Under the pieces are notes generated by a model. That model was not told the DNA's origin and searched no databases. It was given only the letters and a program-made list of their open reading frames with translations. The position numbers were made by a program, and so were the translations under genes. From Octopus sinensis (taxonomy: Eukaryota), in assembly GCF_006345805.1 (NCBI RefSeq), contig NC_043003.1, positions 64,108,001-64,172,000 on the forward strand: a stretch of 64,000 bases of DNA, given 5' to 3'. Positions 1 through 13,073 of this stretch are shown one piece after another; the stretch's first letter is position 1; each line of letters opens with the position of its first letter.

Positions 1-176
1 AGTTCAAATTTCTAAGGTTATATATTCACCCATCTTTGCTTCATTAGGGGACAAGGGACACCATTATTTATTGTCTCAAATATTTTACATGGATTCAACC
101 TTCATCAAAGAGTAGTAAATATTTTACGGCACCCTTCAATAATGAGATGCTAAATTTTATTGTGCAAAATGTTATA

Positions 177-575
177 GGTGCAGGTGTGGGTGTGTGGTAA
201 GAAGCTTGCTTCCCAACCACATGGTTCCAGGTTCAGTCCCACTGCATGGCACCTTGGGTAAGTGTCTTCTAATATAGCCTTGGGCTGACCAAAGCCTTGT
301 GGATTTGGTTGACAGAAACTGAAAAAAGCACATCATATATATGTGTGTGTGTGTGTGTGTCTGTCTGTCTCTCTGTCTGTATTTATCCCCCCCACCATCG
401 CTTGACAACCAATGTTGGTATGTTTACATCATCGTAACTTAGCAGTTCGGCAAAAGAGAATGATAGAATGAGTACTAGGCTTACAAAGAATAATTACTGG
501 GGTTGATTTGTTCAACTAAAAGTGGTGCTCTAGCATGGCCACAATCAAATGACTGAATAAAGTAAAAGGATAAAG
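177..575 (+). mobile_element. SINE family A (tRNA head, CORE-like segment, internal microsatellite, 3' half); representative of ~28 copies or fragments
   Basis: Head GGCGCAGGAGTGGCTGTGTGGTAAG..GGTTCAGTCCCACTG (boxes A/B), MIR-CORE-like ACCTTGGGCAAGTG, tail CAAGTAAAAGAGTAAAAGA. Near-full copies at ~2340-3036(-), 5005-5445(-), 8570-8975(-), 10895-11317(-), 18980-19345(+), 23462-23890(+), 27996-28380(+), 29893-30320(+), 34630-35030(-), 36690-37070(+), 44945-45660(-), 47985-48420(+), 49328-49725(+), 52178-52575(+), 53910-54285(-), 55757-56105(+). Confidence 0.9.
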
Positions 576-589
576 AGACTATCAATTAT

Positions 590-1180
590 TCTTTCCTACT
601 CTAGGGGAGGGGGTCATTCAATTAGATCGACCCCAGTACGCAACTGGTACTTAATTTATCGACCCCCAAGGGATGAAAGGTAAAGTCAACCTCGGGGGAA
701 TTTGAACTCAGAATGTAAAGACAGACGAAATACTGCTAAGCATTTCACCTGGCGTGCTAACGTTTCTTATTTCCTTACTGCCCACATGAGGCTACACACA
801 GAGGGGACAAACAAGGACAGACAAACAGATTAAGTCAATTATATCGGCCCCAGTGCGTAACTGGTAATTATTTAATCAACCCCGAAAGAATGAAAGGCAA
901 AGTCGACCTCAGCAGAATTTGAACTCAGAATGTAATGACAGACAAAATACTGCTAAGCATTTCGCCCAGCATGCTAATGATTTTGCCAGCTCGCCACCTT
1001 AATGAAAAGGAATATTCTTTTCTACCCTATGTACCAGGCCTGGAATTTTGGGAGAGGAGGCCAGTCGATTAGATCGACCCCAGTACACAACTTAATTTAT
1101 CAATCCTGAAAGGATGAAAGGCGAAATTTACCTTGGGAGAATTAGAACTCAGAACGTAAACCAGCTCACCACCTTAAAGA
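590..1180 (-). mobile_element. SINE family B, three head-to-tail copies; representative of ~24 copies or fragments
   Basis: Consensus GGCGAGCTGGCAGAA..GTTCAAATTCCGCCGAGGTCGACTTTGCCTTTCATCCTTTCGGGGTCGATAAATTAAGTACCAG. One subfamily ends GGCCTTGTGCCTATAGTAGAAAGG(ATT)n. Other copies: 8165-8330(+), 12695-12905(-), 14430-14660(+), 40255-40465(+), 43270-43510(+), 57925-58160(+), 63160-63340(+). Confidence 0.88.
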
Positions 1181-1979
1181 GACTATCAATTATTATAATA
1201 TTTGTGCTTACTTAAAGAGAAAATAATTATTAAAATTACCCTTAATTAAAAGCGATGTTCTTGTTTTTTGCGTTTTGCACTCATATTCATGCAACCATTT
1301 CTTGCTATTAAAAGGCTGAGTGCAGATATGGCCTAGTGGTTAAGGAGCTCATTTGGCAACCGTATGGTTTCAGGTTCGGTCCCATGTGTTGCACAATGAG
1401 CAAGTGTCTTCTACTATAGCTTCGGTTCAACCAATGCTTTGTGGATAAATTTGGAAGATGGAAACTGTGTGGAAGCCCGTCATATATATGTGTAAGCGTG
1501 AGCATTTTTCTGTTTGTTGCCCCACCACTGCATGATAGCTTGTGTTTTCATTTATTTACATCCTCATAACTTATCAGTTCAACAAAAGACACCAATAAAT
1601 CGAGTACCAGACTTGAAAAAGTTATGCATCTGAGTTCAATTTGTTCAGCTAAAACTCTTCAAAGCAGAGCCCCAGAATGGCTGCAGTTCAATGACTGAAC
1701 CATCTAAAGGATAAAAGACAAAAGATTAAAGATTAAAGTTTTAACCTCGGTGTTATTTAGTGCATTCATTTTGAGGGGAGGGGATGAAAAAAATGTCAAC
1801 TGCAATGTGAACCAAATCCAGTACAATGAGATTACACTAAACAAAAAATACTGATTATTTATTATGGGCCAATGATCTATGTGATCATTTAACCTACTGA
1901 AGATAATAACCAAATTTCCCTCTAATCATTAAAAATGCAAAGGAGTTGCAAAGTACCCCCCTCTCTCTCTCTTTGTGTG

Positions 1980-2870
1980 TGTTTTTGTTTGTGCATGAGA
2001 TGAGTGTGTGTGTGTGTATGTGTGTGTGTGTCATCTATGTGAGTGTGTATGTGAGATGAGTGTGTCTGTGTGTGCATGTGTATCTGTGTGTGAGTGTGTG
2101 TGCGTGTTTGAGTGTGAGATGTCTGTATGTGTGTGTGTGTATTTATGTGTGTATATCTGTATGTATATCTGTGTGTGTGTATCTATGTGTGAGTTTATCT
2201 GTGTGTGTGTGTATCTGTATGTGTGCATCTGTGTGTGTGTGTGTATGCATCTGTGTCTGTGTGTGCGTATTTATGTGTGTGTGCATATCTGTGTGTGTGC
2301 GTGTGAGTAGGCATGCATGTGTGTGGAAGTAATTTTGTTTTGAACAGACCTCAGGGCTTAGTGTTAAGTCTGGTACTTATTCTATTAGTGTCTTTTTGTT
2401 GAACTGCTAAGTTATAGGGACATAAACAAACAAAGCTCGTTTGTCAAGTAGTGAGGTTGGGGGACAAACACACATATGCGCACATGCACACATCCATACA
2501 CAAACACATGTGCACATGCACATATGCACACACACACATGAAGACATGCACATAAATGCACATATACGGACATACATATATGCACATACATGCACACATA
2601 CATACACAAACACACGTGCATATATGCACTCAGAAACACACATGCACACACACACATACTCAAATGCAAACACTCATGCAAGCTCACACACACGTGCATA
2701 TGTGCACACACAGACACACATGCACACACACACAAACACAAATACACATGGACACTCACACACATATGCATACACAAACACATGCAGACACATACACATG
2801 CACACTCACACACATATGTACACACAGAAACACACATATATACATAAACAATGCATATATGTGTGTGTTG
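1980..2870. repeat. Long degenerate (TG)n/(CA)n dinucleotide tracts; many similar tracts at ~7010-7160, 11535-11790, 13030-14145, 28540-28760, 32650-33230, 50390-50730
   Basis: Direct inspection; these produce the CV/HT/YI-rich ORFs in the track. Confidence 0.95.
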
Positions 2871-3326
2871 GCTTCCATGCAATTTCCATCCACCAAATTC
2901 ACTCACAAGGCATTGGTCAGCCCAGCCCAGCTCTATCATAGAAGTCACTTGCCCAAGGTACCACACAGTGAGACTGAACCCCCAAAGCCACACATATGCA
3001 AAGCAAGCTTCTTAACCACACAGCCATGCCTGCACCTGGACTCCCTATTTTCCCCTACATAACCCCAACACAGACTGGATTTGTAAAAAAGAATAAAATC
3101 ACTGCTAAATCCTTCAATGACCTAAAATAACAAATCCCCATGATTGTTGTTGTTGCTATTGTTGTTCTTGTTATTGTTGTTGCTGTTGTTGTTGAGGTAA
3201 ATCATATAACTGTGATAAGAAAATTTCTCTGCACCCATTGAATCTTTGTTGATACATTCATAAATATGAGTCATTTGTAAAGAGCCACAGATAATACACA
3301 CACACACACATGTATGTTTATACATA

Positions 3327-3367
<41 letters not shown>

Positions 3368-4011
3368 CGAATTTTATATGTGTGTTTGTGTGCACATGCA
3401 ATAAATCCACATATTTCTCCTTCATGAACTGTTATAAAAGGATTAGCGTTTGATTGAGAATTTGTGATAGGTCATTGAGTACAAACCTTTTTCAATGGCT
3501 AGTAATTAGCATTAATTCTCTGTGTTCTTTTATTGCAGTGTGGAAATCTGCTCAAAGATTAGACCAGTGGCATTCAGACAGAAATATCTCCACTGATGAG
3601 AGGATTCAACACTATTTGGACATTGCCTGCTATCTTTTAAACAAACAACAATGTGATTGGTCTGCTCTGAGATACTTTGATGTCATTGTATAAAACAAGC
3701 CAAAGAAATCAACTTTCCAAATAAAATTATTTAATCTTTCACTTGATATTTGAAGTATGCGCATTCTCTCGGTAACAAACCACTCCGAAAACAGCCCAGA
3801 ATATATTTGTTTACTGCCGTAATGTCAACATCTCGACTCCATAAACAATGAAAACATCTTTCTTTGATATCTGCTGAAATACAATGAAGTAATATTATAA
3901 GTATACATATGCTTTTTTAATGTTCGGAGAAGCTATGAGATATCAGGTTTAAAGTTGACAGTCTGGAAAAAACTTCAAAGATGACCTAAAATAAATCATT
4001 TTCACCCTGGC

Positions 4012-4019
4012 TATATAAA
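4012..4019 (+). promoter_or_regulatory. Possible TATA box ~125 nt upstream of the fj ATG
   Basis: GGC-TATATAAA-C in unique sequence. Weak, because the motif is common in AT-rich DNA. Confidence 0.15.
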
Positions 4020-4142
4020 CTTTAAGCAAATACTACAGCAGCCTGGAGTAACAATTAAACACCAAAAACTAATTGGATTTATCATGGAATAAGAAGAGTT
4101 TAGTATTTCAATGCTGTGATCATAGAGTAAATTTAAAATAAC

Positions 4143-4878
4143 ATGCTGACTTATAAATTTCGAATATCCAAAACAGTGCTTTTCTTTTTGGTAATATTTT
4201 CCATATTTTTCTTTTTTGTTAATAATGTCCTTTTATCCGAACCAAACATGCAAGCTCTCGACTATATCACAGATAGAAGGCAAATAAATGCCAAGCAAGC
4301 TGCAAATGCAAAATCTCACAGAGAACTCAGTAGTTATGACTCGCAGGCAAGAGTCCAGTGGTTAGAGCGGAAGCCGAAAGCTCATATTATTACTGCTGAT
4401 GATAAAAAATTGGTTAAAATCCATGGATTGAAAACTGCAGACAAAAATCTTAGATTTAAGAAGACTCTTAATAAAACATATAAAGACAACTTTAATAAAA
4501 ATGAGAGTGAAGAATCGGAAATGAGTGAATATAGTGTGAACATGGAATCAACTCTTGAGGATGATGTTGATTACAATAACGATGTATATACAGAGGATAA
4601 TTACTACAACAATGTAGCAGAAAATACCATTGTCAAAGAAAAAGAAATTGACAAAATAGGAACTATTGGTTTGAACAAACCATTATTAAAATTTAAGTCA
4701 TTTGAGACTTTGCCAAAAAATTCCACCAGTAAACAACTCAAAGTTTCAGATGTTGACAAAGAAAATGGAAAAGAATTGGTTAAAAGTTTCCAGAAAATCT
4801 CATCACCATCCCCGCAGGACTTACCAATTAGTAATGGAATATTTTGGTCTTCAGCAATTGAAAATCTTGTGCCAAAAG
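4143..4878 (+). CDS. fj: Four-jointed/FJX1-like Golgi kinase, coding exon 1 (signal anchor, long luminal stem, start of conserved domain)
   Basis: ATG 4143 is preceded by an in-frame TAA (4134-4136). The N-terminus MLTYKFRISKTVLFFLVIFSIFFFFVNNVLL is a type II signal anchor. The ORF reaches GIFWSSAIENLVPKG, matching FJX1 GVFWSRGLEEQVPPG as recalled. Donor AAG|GTAAGG after 4878 (phase 1). Confidence 0.87.
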
Positions 4879-5220
4879 GTAAGGAAAAATGGTTATGGTT
4901 TTTATCTATTTCTCAAAAGTTTTCTCAAATGTTATAGTAATTATTATTAGTTATTATTATGCCAATGCTAAATACACACACACACACTGGTCCTGTTTTC
5001 ACTTAACTCTTTTACTCTTTTACTTGTTTTAGTCATTTGACTGTGGCTATGCTGGAGCACCACCTTTTAGTCGAGCAAATCGACCTGAGGACTTATTCTT
5101 TGTAAGCCTAGCACTTATTCTATTGGTCTCTTTTACCGAACTGCTAAGTTACGGGGACATGAACACACCAGCATTGGTTGTCAAGCGATGTTAGGGAGAA
5201 AAAAACAGACACATACATAC

Positions 5221-5269
<49 letters not shown>

Positions 5270-5605
5270 AACACATATATACGACGGGCTCCTTTCAGTT
5301 TCCGTCTACCAAATCCACTCACAAGGCTTTGGTCGGCCTGAGGCTATAGTAGAAGACAATTGCCCAAGGTGCCACACAGTGGGACTGAACCCAGAACCAT
5401 GTGGTTGGTAAGCAAGCTACTTACCACATGGCCACTCCTATGCCTACTTCTTTATTTTCATTAATCAACTGGTTAATCATTTAACCAATTAACTAATTGA
5501 GTGTATGATTAATTATTCAGTCAATCAATTACAGAGCTAGGTTTATCAAAGCCCTTTTATTGCCACTCATGACCCCATTAATGACATACCCCCCCTCTAC
5601 TCTAA

Positions 5606-5827
5606 CCCTTTTGTTACCATATTTATTTTGAGATGCTCTGTGTTTCTTTCATTTAGATATAAATATAACAAAGAATTTAGTAAAATAACTGTGCTTTTAT
5701 TAAGCTAGTGTTAGGAACATAAATTGTGACTAAGGTTTGGTGGAAGATCTTAATTGAGAACTTATGAAAACAAGACATTTGTACTACAAAGCCAGAGGTG
5801 GTTTCAGCCCGGTTGGTATCGAAAAGG
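5606..5827. mobile_element. piggyBac-like MITE (~220 bp); second copy 51553-51769 in the opposite orientation
   Basis: Termini CCCTTTTGTTACC / GGTATCGAAAAGG flanked by CTAA/TTAA. The copy at 51553-51769 is flanked by TTAA on both sides and its interior aligns as the reverse complement. Confidence 0.75.
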
Positions 5828-6134
5828 TTAAATCTGCATCAAGTTTATCAGTCTCGGTTTTTGTCTGAAAATATCTAAGAAATGGATAAACTAAGGGAAG
5901 AATTCTCTAAACAATTTCTCCATATTTTCATTTGCATTTCTACATACCATAGTTGCATGTGTGGTTAAGAAGCTCACCTTGTAACCACATGGTTTTGGGT
6001 TTAGTTTCACTATATGGCACCTTGGCCAGATGTCTCCTACTGTAACCCCAAGCTGACCAAATGCCTTGTGAGTGAATTTGATAGACAGAAACTGTGTGGA
6101 AGCCTGTTATGTATGTAAAACAAAAACATTAGAG

Positions 6135-6355
6135 CATGGCCGTTGCCAGCAACGCCTGACTGGCCCTTGTGCCGGTGGCATGTAAAAGCACCCACTACAC
6201 TCTCGGAGTGGTTGGCGTTAGGAAGGGCATCCAGCTGTAGAAACTCTGCCAGATTAGATTGGAGCCTGGTGCAGCCATCTGGTTCGCCAGTCCTCAGTCA
6301 AATCGTCCAACCCATGCTAGCATGGAAAGCAGATGTTAAACGATGATGATGATGT
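6135..6355 (+). mobile_element. Retroposon family C (RTE-like 3' end, (GAT)n tail, internal ~60-bp tandem units); representative of ~30 copies or fragments
   Basis: Conserved GGTTGGCGTTAGGAAGGGCATCCAGCTGTAGAAAC..CCAACCCATGCTAGCATGGAAAGCGGACGTTAAAC(GAT)n with variable 5' truncation. Other copies: 11860-12160(+), 15135-15390(-), 18110-18430(-), 23130-23462(+), 25640-25785(+), 27395-27800(-), 30910-31200(+), 42265-42990, 45185-45495(+), 47300-47710(+), 51060-51360(-), 52575-52880(-), 55325-55585(-), 62105-62360(-). Confidence 0.85.
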
Positions 6356-7106
6356 ATGTCTTATTTTTATTCCCCCACCCCCGACACTGCTTGACAACCA
6401 AAGTTGGTTTGTTTATATTCCCTTAGCTTAATGGTTCAGGTAAAGGGACAACAAGTACCAAACTTAAAAAGTAAGTGCCAGGGTCAAGTTGCTCAATTAA
6501 ACCCTTGAAGACATTGCCCCAGCATGGCCAGAATCCAATGACTGAAATAAACAAAACTTTAAAAAAAAAAAGAAAAGTAAAAATCTCATGTTTTCCAATT
6601 TCTAAGTATTCCGAAAGGATCTGCCCTTCATTAGTTTCCCTTAAAACGGTAAAAAAACTATGGCGGCTCAAATTTTGTTGTTATTTCCAATGAATAATGA
6701 AATTCCTCAGCTAATTCTCTGTCTCTATGAACAGTACAGTTCTATCAATTCCAATTTAGTGAATCATCTTAAATTACCATTTCTATAGTGACATCAGAAA
6801 TATGTGATTAATTCAAGTTTACAACCTAACTGATAAATTCTAACAGAATTCCGAAGCATAAGAATACGCTGCTGCTGCTACTGCTTCTACTCTATCTCTT
6901 CGCAGTCAGTGGTGTGGAATAACAAGCTTTCTTCTTTTGCCTCATCACCTACTTCTACCTGAGGTGGTCATCTACTTTCCTCACACTTGTTCACAGTTCT
7001 TGGGGCTATATATGTGTATGTATGTGTGTGTGTGCGTGTGTGTGTGTATGTGTGTCTATATACATGTAATAACATGTTTATGTATATATATATGTGTATA
7101 TATATG

Positions 7107-7147
<41 letters not shown>

Positions 7148-7899
7148 GTGTGTGTGTGTGTGCAGTTGAAATTTACAGAAAAACAAAAGACGAAAAGAGG
7201 TGTATTAGTTCGATGCTCAGGAAAGTGGAAAAGTATTTTATGTTTCAAGCCTACGTTCTTCAACAGAAAGGAATAAGAGAAAATAAACAGAGAGGGAATA
7301 AAAAAACTTGTGGATTTAGCAATCGAGCATATATATATAAATATATAATTATAAATAAGGGTGTCTATTTTTCAGCATATTGGCAAAGAAAATTTTTTTC
7401 TTTTTCCCTTATTTATAATTGCATTTATAATTTTCACCTTAAAAGGCATTTTTCATATGCTGGCCACTGATAAAAGATTTTTGAAAAATTTTATCCTTAT
7501 AGTAGAAGTATATATAATATAATTTTCTGAATCTTCAGATTTTTTCAGTATGCTAGGCCACTGGTTTAAATTGATATTAATCTAATTGATATCAATTTTT
7601 ACCCTTATTATTTAAATTTATGTCATCATCGTCGTTTAACGTCCGCATGTATATATATATATATATATTATATAAAATCCATTCTGTCTGTCAGTGTGTG
7701 TGTCTACTAGGATCTCGGGTATCCTCCATCCGATTGTGCTCAAATTTGATATGGAGATACCGATGGTATCAGGACATGTATAAGTCTTGAAAAAATTACA
7801 AAAATCAATTCCAGGTGAGAATGCGATCGATAGAATGAATAAAATCGTTTTTCTTTGGAATAGCACCGTCAATTGGATAGGGTGGGGGGCGTTTTGCTC

Positions 7900-7965
<66 letters not shown>

Positions 7966-9155
7966 TATATACATACACATATATATACACACACGCATAT
8001 ATACATACATATATATATATAATATATATATAATGAAAATTAAAGATTGGAGTTTATATTTTTATTGCATGGTTAAAATTCAATGGGGACACACATTATT
8101 TTATCCCTTTTAACTTACTACACACACACCCATGCACATATAACACACATTCATATAATGGATTTCTGAGTTCAAATGTCACGGACGTCAACTTTGCCTT
8201 TCATCCTTTCAGGGTTGATTAAATAAGTACCAGTTACACACTGGGGTCAATATAATCGACTTAATGCCTTTGTCTGCTCTTCTTTGTCACCTCTATGTTT
8301 AGTCCCCTGTGGGCATTAAAGAAATAAATGTTTAGCCTCAAGTAGAAAGCATGTTAGCCCAGCATGTCACACAGAATGCAAATATCATACAGTTTATTGC
8401 TAACCTTATTAAACCTTATTAACATTTGCTACATATAATTAGACTACATACATTATCAAGTTATGATATATCAAGCAAAACAATTCACTTGGAATTATAC
8501 AGAAGGGTGTTTGCAAAAAGAATGTTTTGCCATACATTGTTTAAATTTTTATGAAATATAGTTGTACTTTATCTTTTTTCTTTCCTTCTTCATTTGTTTC
8601 AATCATTAGACGGCAGCCCATGCTGGAGCACTGCCTTGATGGTTTTTACTCAAAGAAATCGACCCGAGTACTTAGGCATTTGTGTTTTTTTTAAAGTTTG
8701 GTTCTTATTCTCTGTCTCTTTTGACAAACCACTGTTATGAGGATGTAAATAAACCAACAACAGTTGTCAAATGGAGGTGGAGACATGGAAAACAAAGACA
8801 CACACACACACACACACACTATAAGTTTCTGTACTGTTTCCATTTACCATATTCACTCACAAGGCACTGATTGGCCCAGGTTATCATAGAAAACACTTAC
8901 CCAAAGTACCACACAGTGGGACTGAAACCCAAACCGTCTGGTTGCAAAGCAAACTTCTTAGACCATTTGGCCACATTTTATGTAAAATATTTGTAACAAA
9001 ATTGTAAAATAACTGAGATAAATAATGGATGCTAGAATTGCAGATGTTGGCACAGTGTTGTATTAGATTAAGCATTTGGTCCTCAGAAGAGAAGAGGTGG
9101 GTATGAAAGCCAAAGCTGCTCTCTTTAGTTCTGTTGATGTACCTATCCTCACTGA

Positions 9156-9489
9156 CAAAGGAGTGCGGAAGAGTTCCTGGCTTTGAGTAAAAGAAAATAC
9201 TGGAGGATCAGTTATGTTTCTATTCAACATATTTTTGCCAGATCAGATTGGAGCCTGGTGCAGCCTCCTGGCTTGCCAGTCCTCAGTCAAACCATCCAAC
9301 CTATGCCAGCTTGGAAAGTGGACATTAAACAATGACGATAATGATGATGATATTTCCTTCTCAAGTTTACACACTTATTGCAGCAGTCCTTCAGTTTTTC
9401 TAAGTCCTGTAAAAGAGCTCAGAAGGTTGGACCTCCAGCCAAGCCTTTCATGATACCCTTAAAGCCAGGAGCTTTTCAGCACCCACTTG
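9156..9489 (-). mobile_element. mariner-derived MITE interrupted by a family-C fragment
   Basis: Same TIR (GGTGCTGAAAAGTTCCTGGCTTT) and body as 22254-22712, inverted, with a family-C insert at ~9230-9345. Confidence 0.7.
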
Positions 9490-9764
9490 TATGGTGAGTA
9501 ATGACTGATGAGTAATGACTGAAAGAGTAACAATTGCAAATACAAGCAGCCAAAAATGGGGCTCCTCAGAAAGGAACTTTGTAGTAATATTACTCAACAG
9601 TGTGCGCAGCTTAGAGATTAGGGAATTTCTCCGGGTTGAACCACTGCCTCTCCACATTGAGATATCACAACTCTGGTACTATAGAGATGTGATTTGAATG
9701 TCACAAGAAAGAATCCCAAAACAGCTTCTTTAAGCCAAGTCAACCAGCAAGAAACCTAAGAGTA

Positions 9765-10304
9765 CCATAAATCCTCGAGTATAGTCAGCCCTTGAGTATA
9801 ACACACAGGAGATTTTTAGTGGGCTGTACCTCTGAAAAACCTAAACCTTGTGTATAATATGCACCCTTTCTCTAACTTGAGTCAAGGAGATCTATATAAC
9901 ATCCTTGGTTTGTAAAAATGTATACGGTAACATCCTTTATTATTATTATTGTTATTATTATTAATATTATATATAACATAACGCATATGTGTAGCTTTAT
10001 TGTGCATTTTGTTTGCAGAAAATAAAGAAATAATAGTAATAACAGAAATAACGTTTAATAAATGTAGCTTACTGCAAGTAATGGATGATTCTTTTATGAC
10101 TTCATTGCTTTCAGGCTTAGCTTAAGGTATTTTCGCACCCGACATCACAAAATGCGTCTGAATAAACATTGCCGGAGAGCAAAAAGAGACTCGGACATTG
10201 CTTAGAAAATAATTTTCATTTCTAACCTTGTATATAGTATGCACTAGGGATTTTGACCTTTAAATTTTGGGGGGAAAATGCAGATTATACTCGAGGATTT
10301 ACAG
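9765..10304. mobile_element. Tc1/mariner-superfamily (Tc2/pogo-like) non-autonomous element
   Basis: TA|CCATAAATCCTCGAGTATA...TATACTCGAGGATTTACAG|TA: 19-bp TIR with 2 mismatches and a TA target duplication. No ORF. Confidence 0.75.
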
Positions 10305-11535
10305 TAAACTACAAATGGGTTGGTTGGATAGTATCCATTCTTTTTGTTGGTCACGCTTGAGAATCCAGGTGGAAAGTGTCATGGTGTCATGAAAGTAGTT
10401 TCTCTCCTTGGAATAGTGGTCAGAAAAAATGGTCAGATGGATGAATGGAAAAACGAAAAAATATTTGTGTCAATATTGTAAAACATCTGAGTCAATATTG
10501 TTAAAATATCTAAGTCGATATTTGTGAGCTGCAAAGGGACTTGAAAGCTTTCCAATTCATTGACACTTCTATTATATTGAATAGATTCTTGTCATTCACA
10601 TCTTAGAAGTATCATTCATGTTTAGATTTTCCTCATGAGGAAGAAAAAAAAAACAATAAATCATTCATGCTGCTATTAAAAGAAATAAAGCTTCAGTGCT
10701 TTGGACAATCTTTAGTCAAAACCAACAGCAATGTTCACTACAACAGCAATTGGTCACTTCAGTTATTTTTGTTATGTTTTGCACATCACCATTGTCATCA
10801 TTCAACATCTGTTGATCCGTGCTTCATTGGTTTGCATGTGTCCCCTCTTGCACAAGTGCACTGTCTTCTTTTTTTTTTTTTGCAGTCCTTTTTTTTTCTC
10901 TTTTCTTTTCTCTTTTACTTGTTTCTGTTATTTGACTGCAGCCATGCTGGAGCACCGCCTTTTAGTCGACCAAATCGACCCCGGAACTTATTCTTTGGGA
11001 GCCTAGTACTTATTCTATCGGTCTCCTATGCCGAACCACTAAGTTACGGGGACGTAAACACACCACCATCAGTTGTCAAGCGATGTTGGGGGGACAAACA
11101 CAGACATACAAACATATACACACACATACATATATATATATATACACATATATACAATGGGCTTCTTTCAGTTTCTGCCTACCAAATGAAACTCGCAATG
11201 TTTGATCAGCCCAAGGCTATAGTAGAAGACACTTGCCCAAGGTACCACGCAGTGGGAATGAACCCAGAACCATGTGGTTGGTAAGCAAGCTACTTACCAC
11301 ACAGCCACTCCTGCACCTATTGTTATCCCTTTTATGAGGTTTATCCCACTAAGGTCAAGTTTTACCATTCTTTTGATCCCTCTATGTTCCTTGGTCTTCT
11401 TCAGCATCATTCTGCTGCTTAGATTGGTTTGCACTTCTTTACCAAACTGTCATCCTCCATACATATCACGTGTCTGTACTATCACATGTTTCTGCTTTAC
11501 ATACTGTTTTATAAATGGAAACTGAAAGAAGCCTG

Positions 11536-11571
<36 letters not shown>

Positions 11572-12158
11572 ATGCCTCTGTGTGTGTGAGAAAAAGTATT
11601 TGTATATGCGTGTGAGAGTGCGTTAGTTTGCGTATGTGTGTTTGTGCACGAGTGTGTGTGTGTTGGCATATGCATGTGTGCATTTGTATATGCATGCGTG
11701 TGTTTGAGTGTTTGTATATGCATGAATGTGTTTTAGTATGTGTGTGTATGCATGTGTGTGCATATTTGTGCATGTGTGTGTATTATTGTCTCCTTGTCTT
11801 AACTTCTTGTGATAGTTGTGAATGAACACCGCTGTGATGCAGAGTTCCATTATCACCATCATACAGACTCCATCATAGGGCGACCTGCTGTGCTTGAGGA
11901 GACCTATTGAGTCAAGTACATCAACATCAAATAAAAATCAAGTGGAAATTGTAGTTGTGATACCTGTGCCGGTGGCACATAAAAAGCACCCATTACACTC
12001 ACGGAGTGGTTGGTGTTAGGTAGGACATCCAGCTGTAGAAACACTGCCAGATCAGACTGGAGCCTGGTGCAGCCTCCTGGCTTTCCAGACCCTGGTCAAA
12101 CCGTCCAACCCATGCTAGCATAGAAAACGGATGTTAAACAATGACGATGATGATGATA

Positions 12159-12189
<31 letters not shown>

Positions 12190-13040
12190 GTGTGTATATG
12201 TTTGTCCCACCAACATCATTTGACAACCAATGCTGGTGTGTTTACGTCCCCGTAACTTAGCAGTTCGGCAAAAGAGACATATAGAATAAATATTGGGCTT
12301 ACAAAGAATAAGTCCTGGGGTCAATTTGCTTGACTAAAGGTGGTGCTCCAGCATGGCTGCAGTCAAAATGACTGAAACAAGTAAAAGAATGTAACAAAGA
12401 ATTATTTCCCATCTTTCTGTTAGTTTTGTTTCATTTGGGAAAATAAAAATTTATTTTATGGTTTATTATTGTTTACATTTTGAATTATATCTGGAAGCAC
12501 CAAAGTCCTTTGAGCGCTTAGGCCCTCTATGGGTCTTAATCCGGCCCTGCTTTCAGGTTTTGATAAAATAGGTACCAGTCAAGTACTGGGGTTTAGGTAA
12601 TCAACTTTAGGTCTCTGTTCCAGAATTTGAAGCCATCAATTATTATATTTCTCATCCTTTGATTAAAAACAATGCCTATACCTGAGGTATAACATAATCC
12701 TTTCTACTAAAGGTACAAGGCCTGAATTTTGTTGGTGGGGGACTAGCCAATTACATCAACCCCAGTGTTTCACTGGTATTTAATTTATCTACCCTGAAAG
12801 GCAAAGTCAACCTTGCAGAATTTGAACTTGGAACGTGGTGTCGAGTGAAATACTGCTAAGCATTCTGTCTGGTGTGCTAACGATTCTGCCAGCTTGCTGC
12901 CTTATGAAGTATAACATAATGTAACAGTTATATGACTGTATATTATTGTTTATACTTTCTTGTATTAGTTGTTATGTTTTAGTCATTCAAAGAAAAAAGT
13001 ACCCCCCAAAAATTAATAAGTGTGCAAGTATACCTGTGTA

Positions 13041-13073
<33 letters not shown>

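Noticed and set aside
4879-4937. End of the 264-aa ORF as the real C-terminus
   Set aside because: The ORF reads through a strong donor; homology stops at VPKG and resumes in exon 2; no nearby AATAAA was seen.
10667-11284. 205-aa ORF
   Set aside because: Mostly the reverse complement of a family-A SINE; the same peptides recur at many loci.
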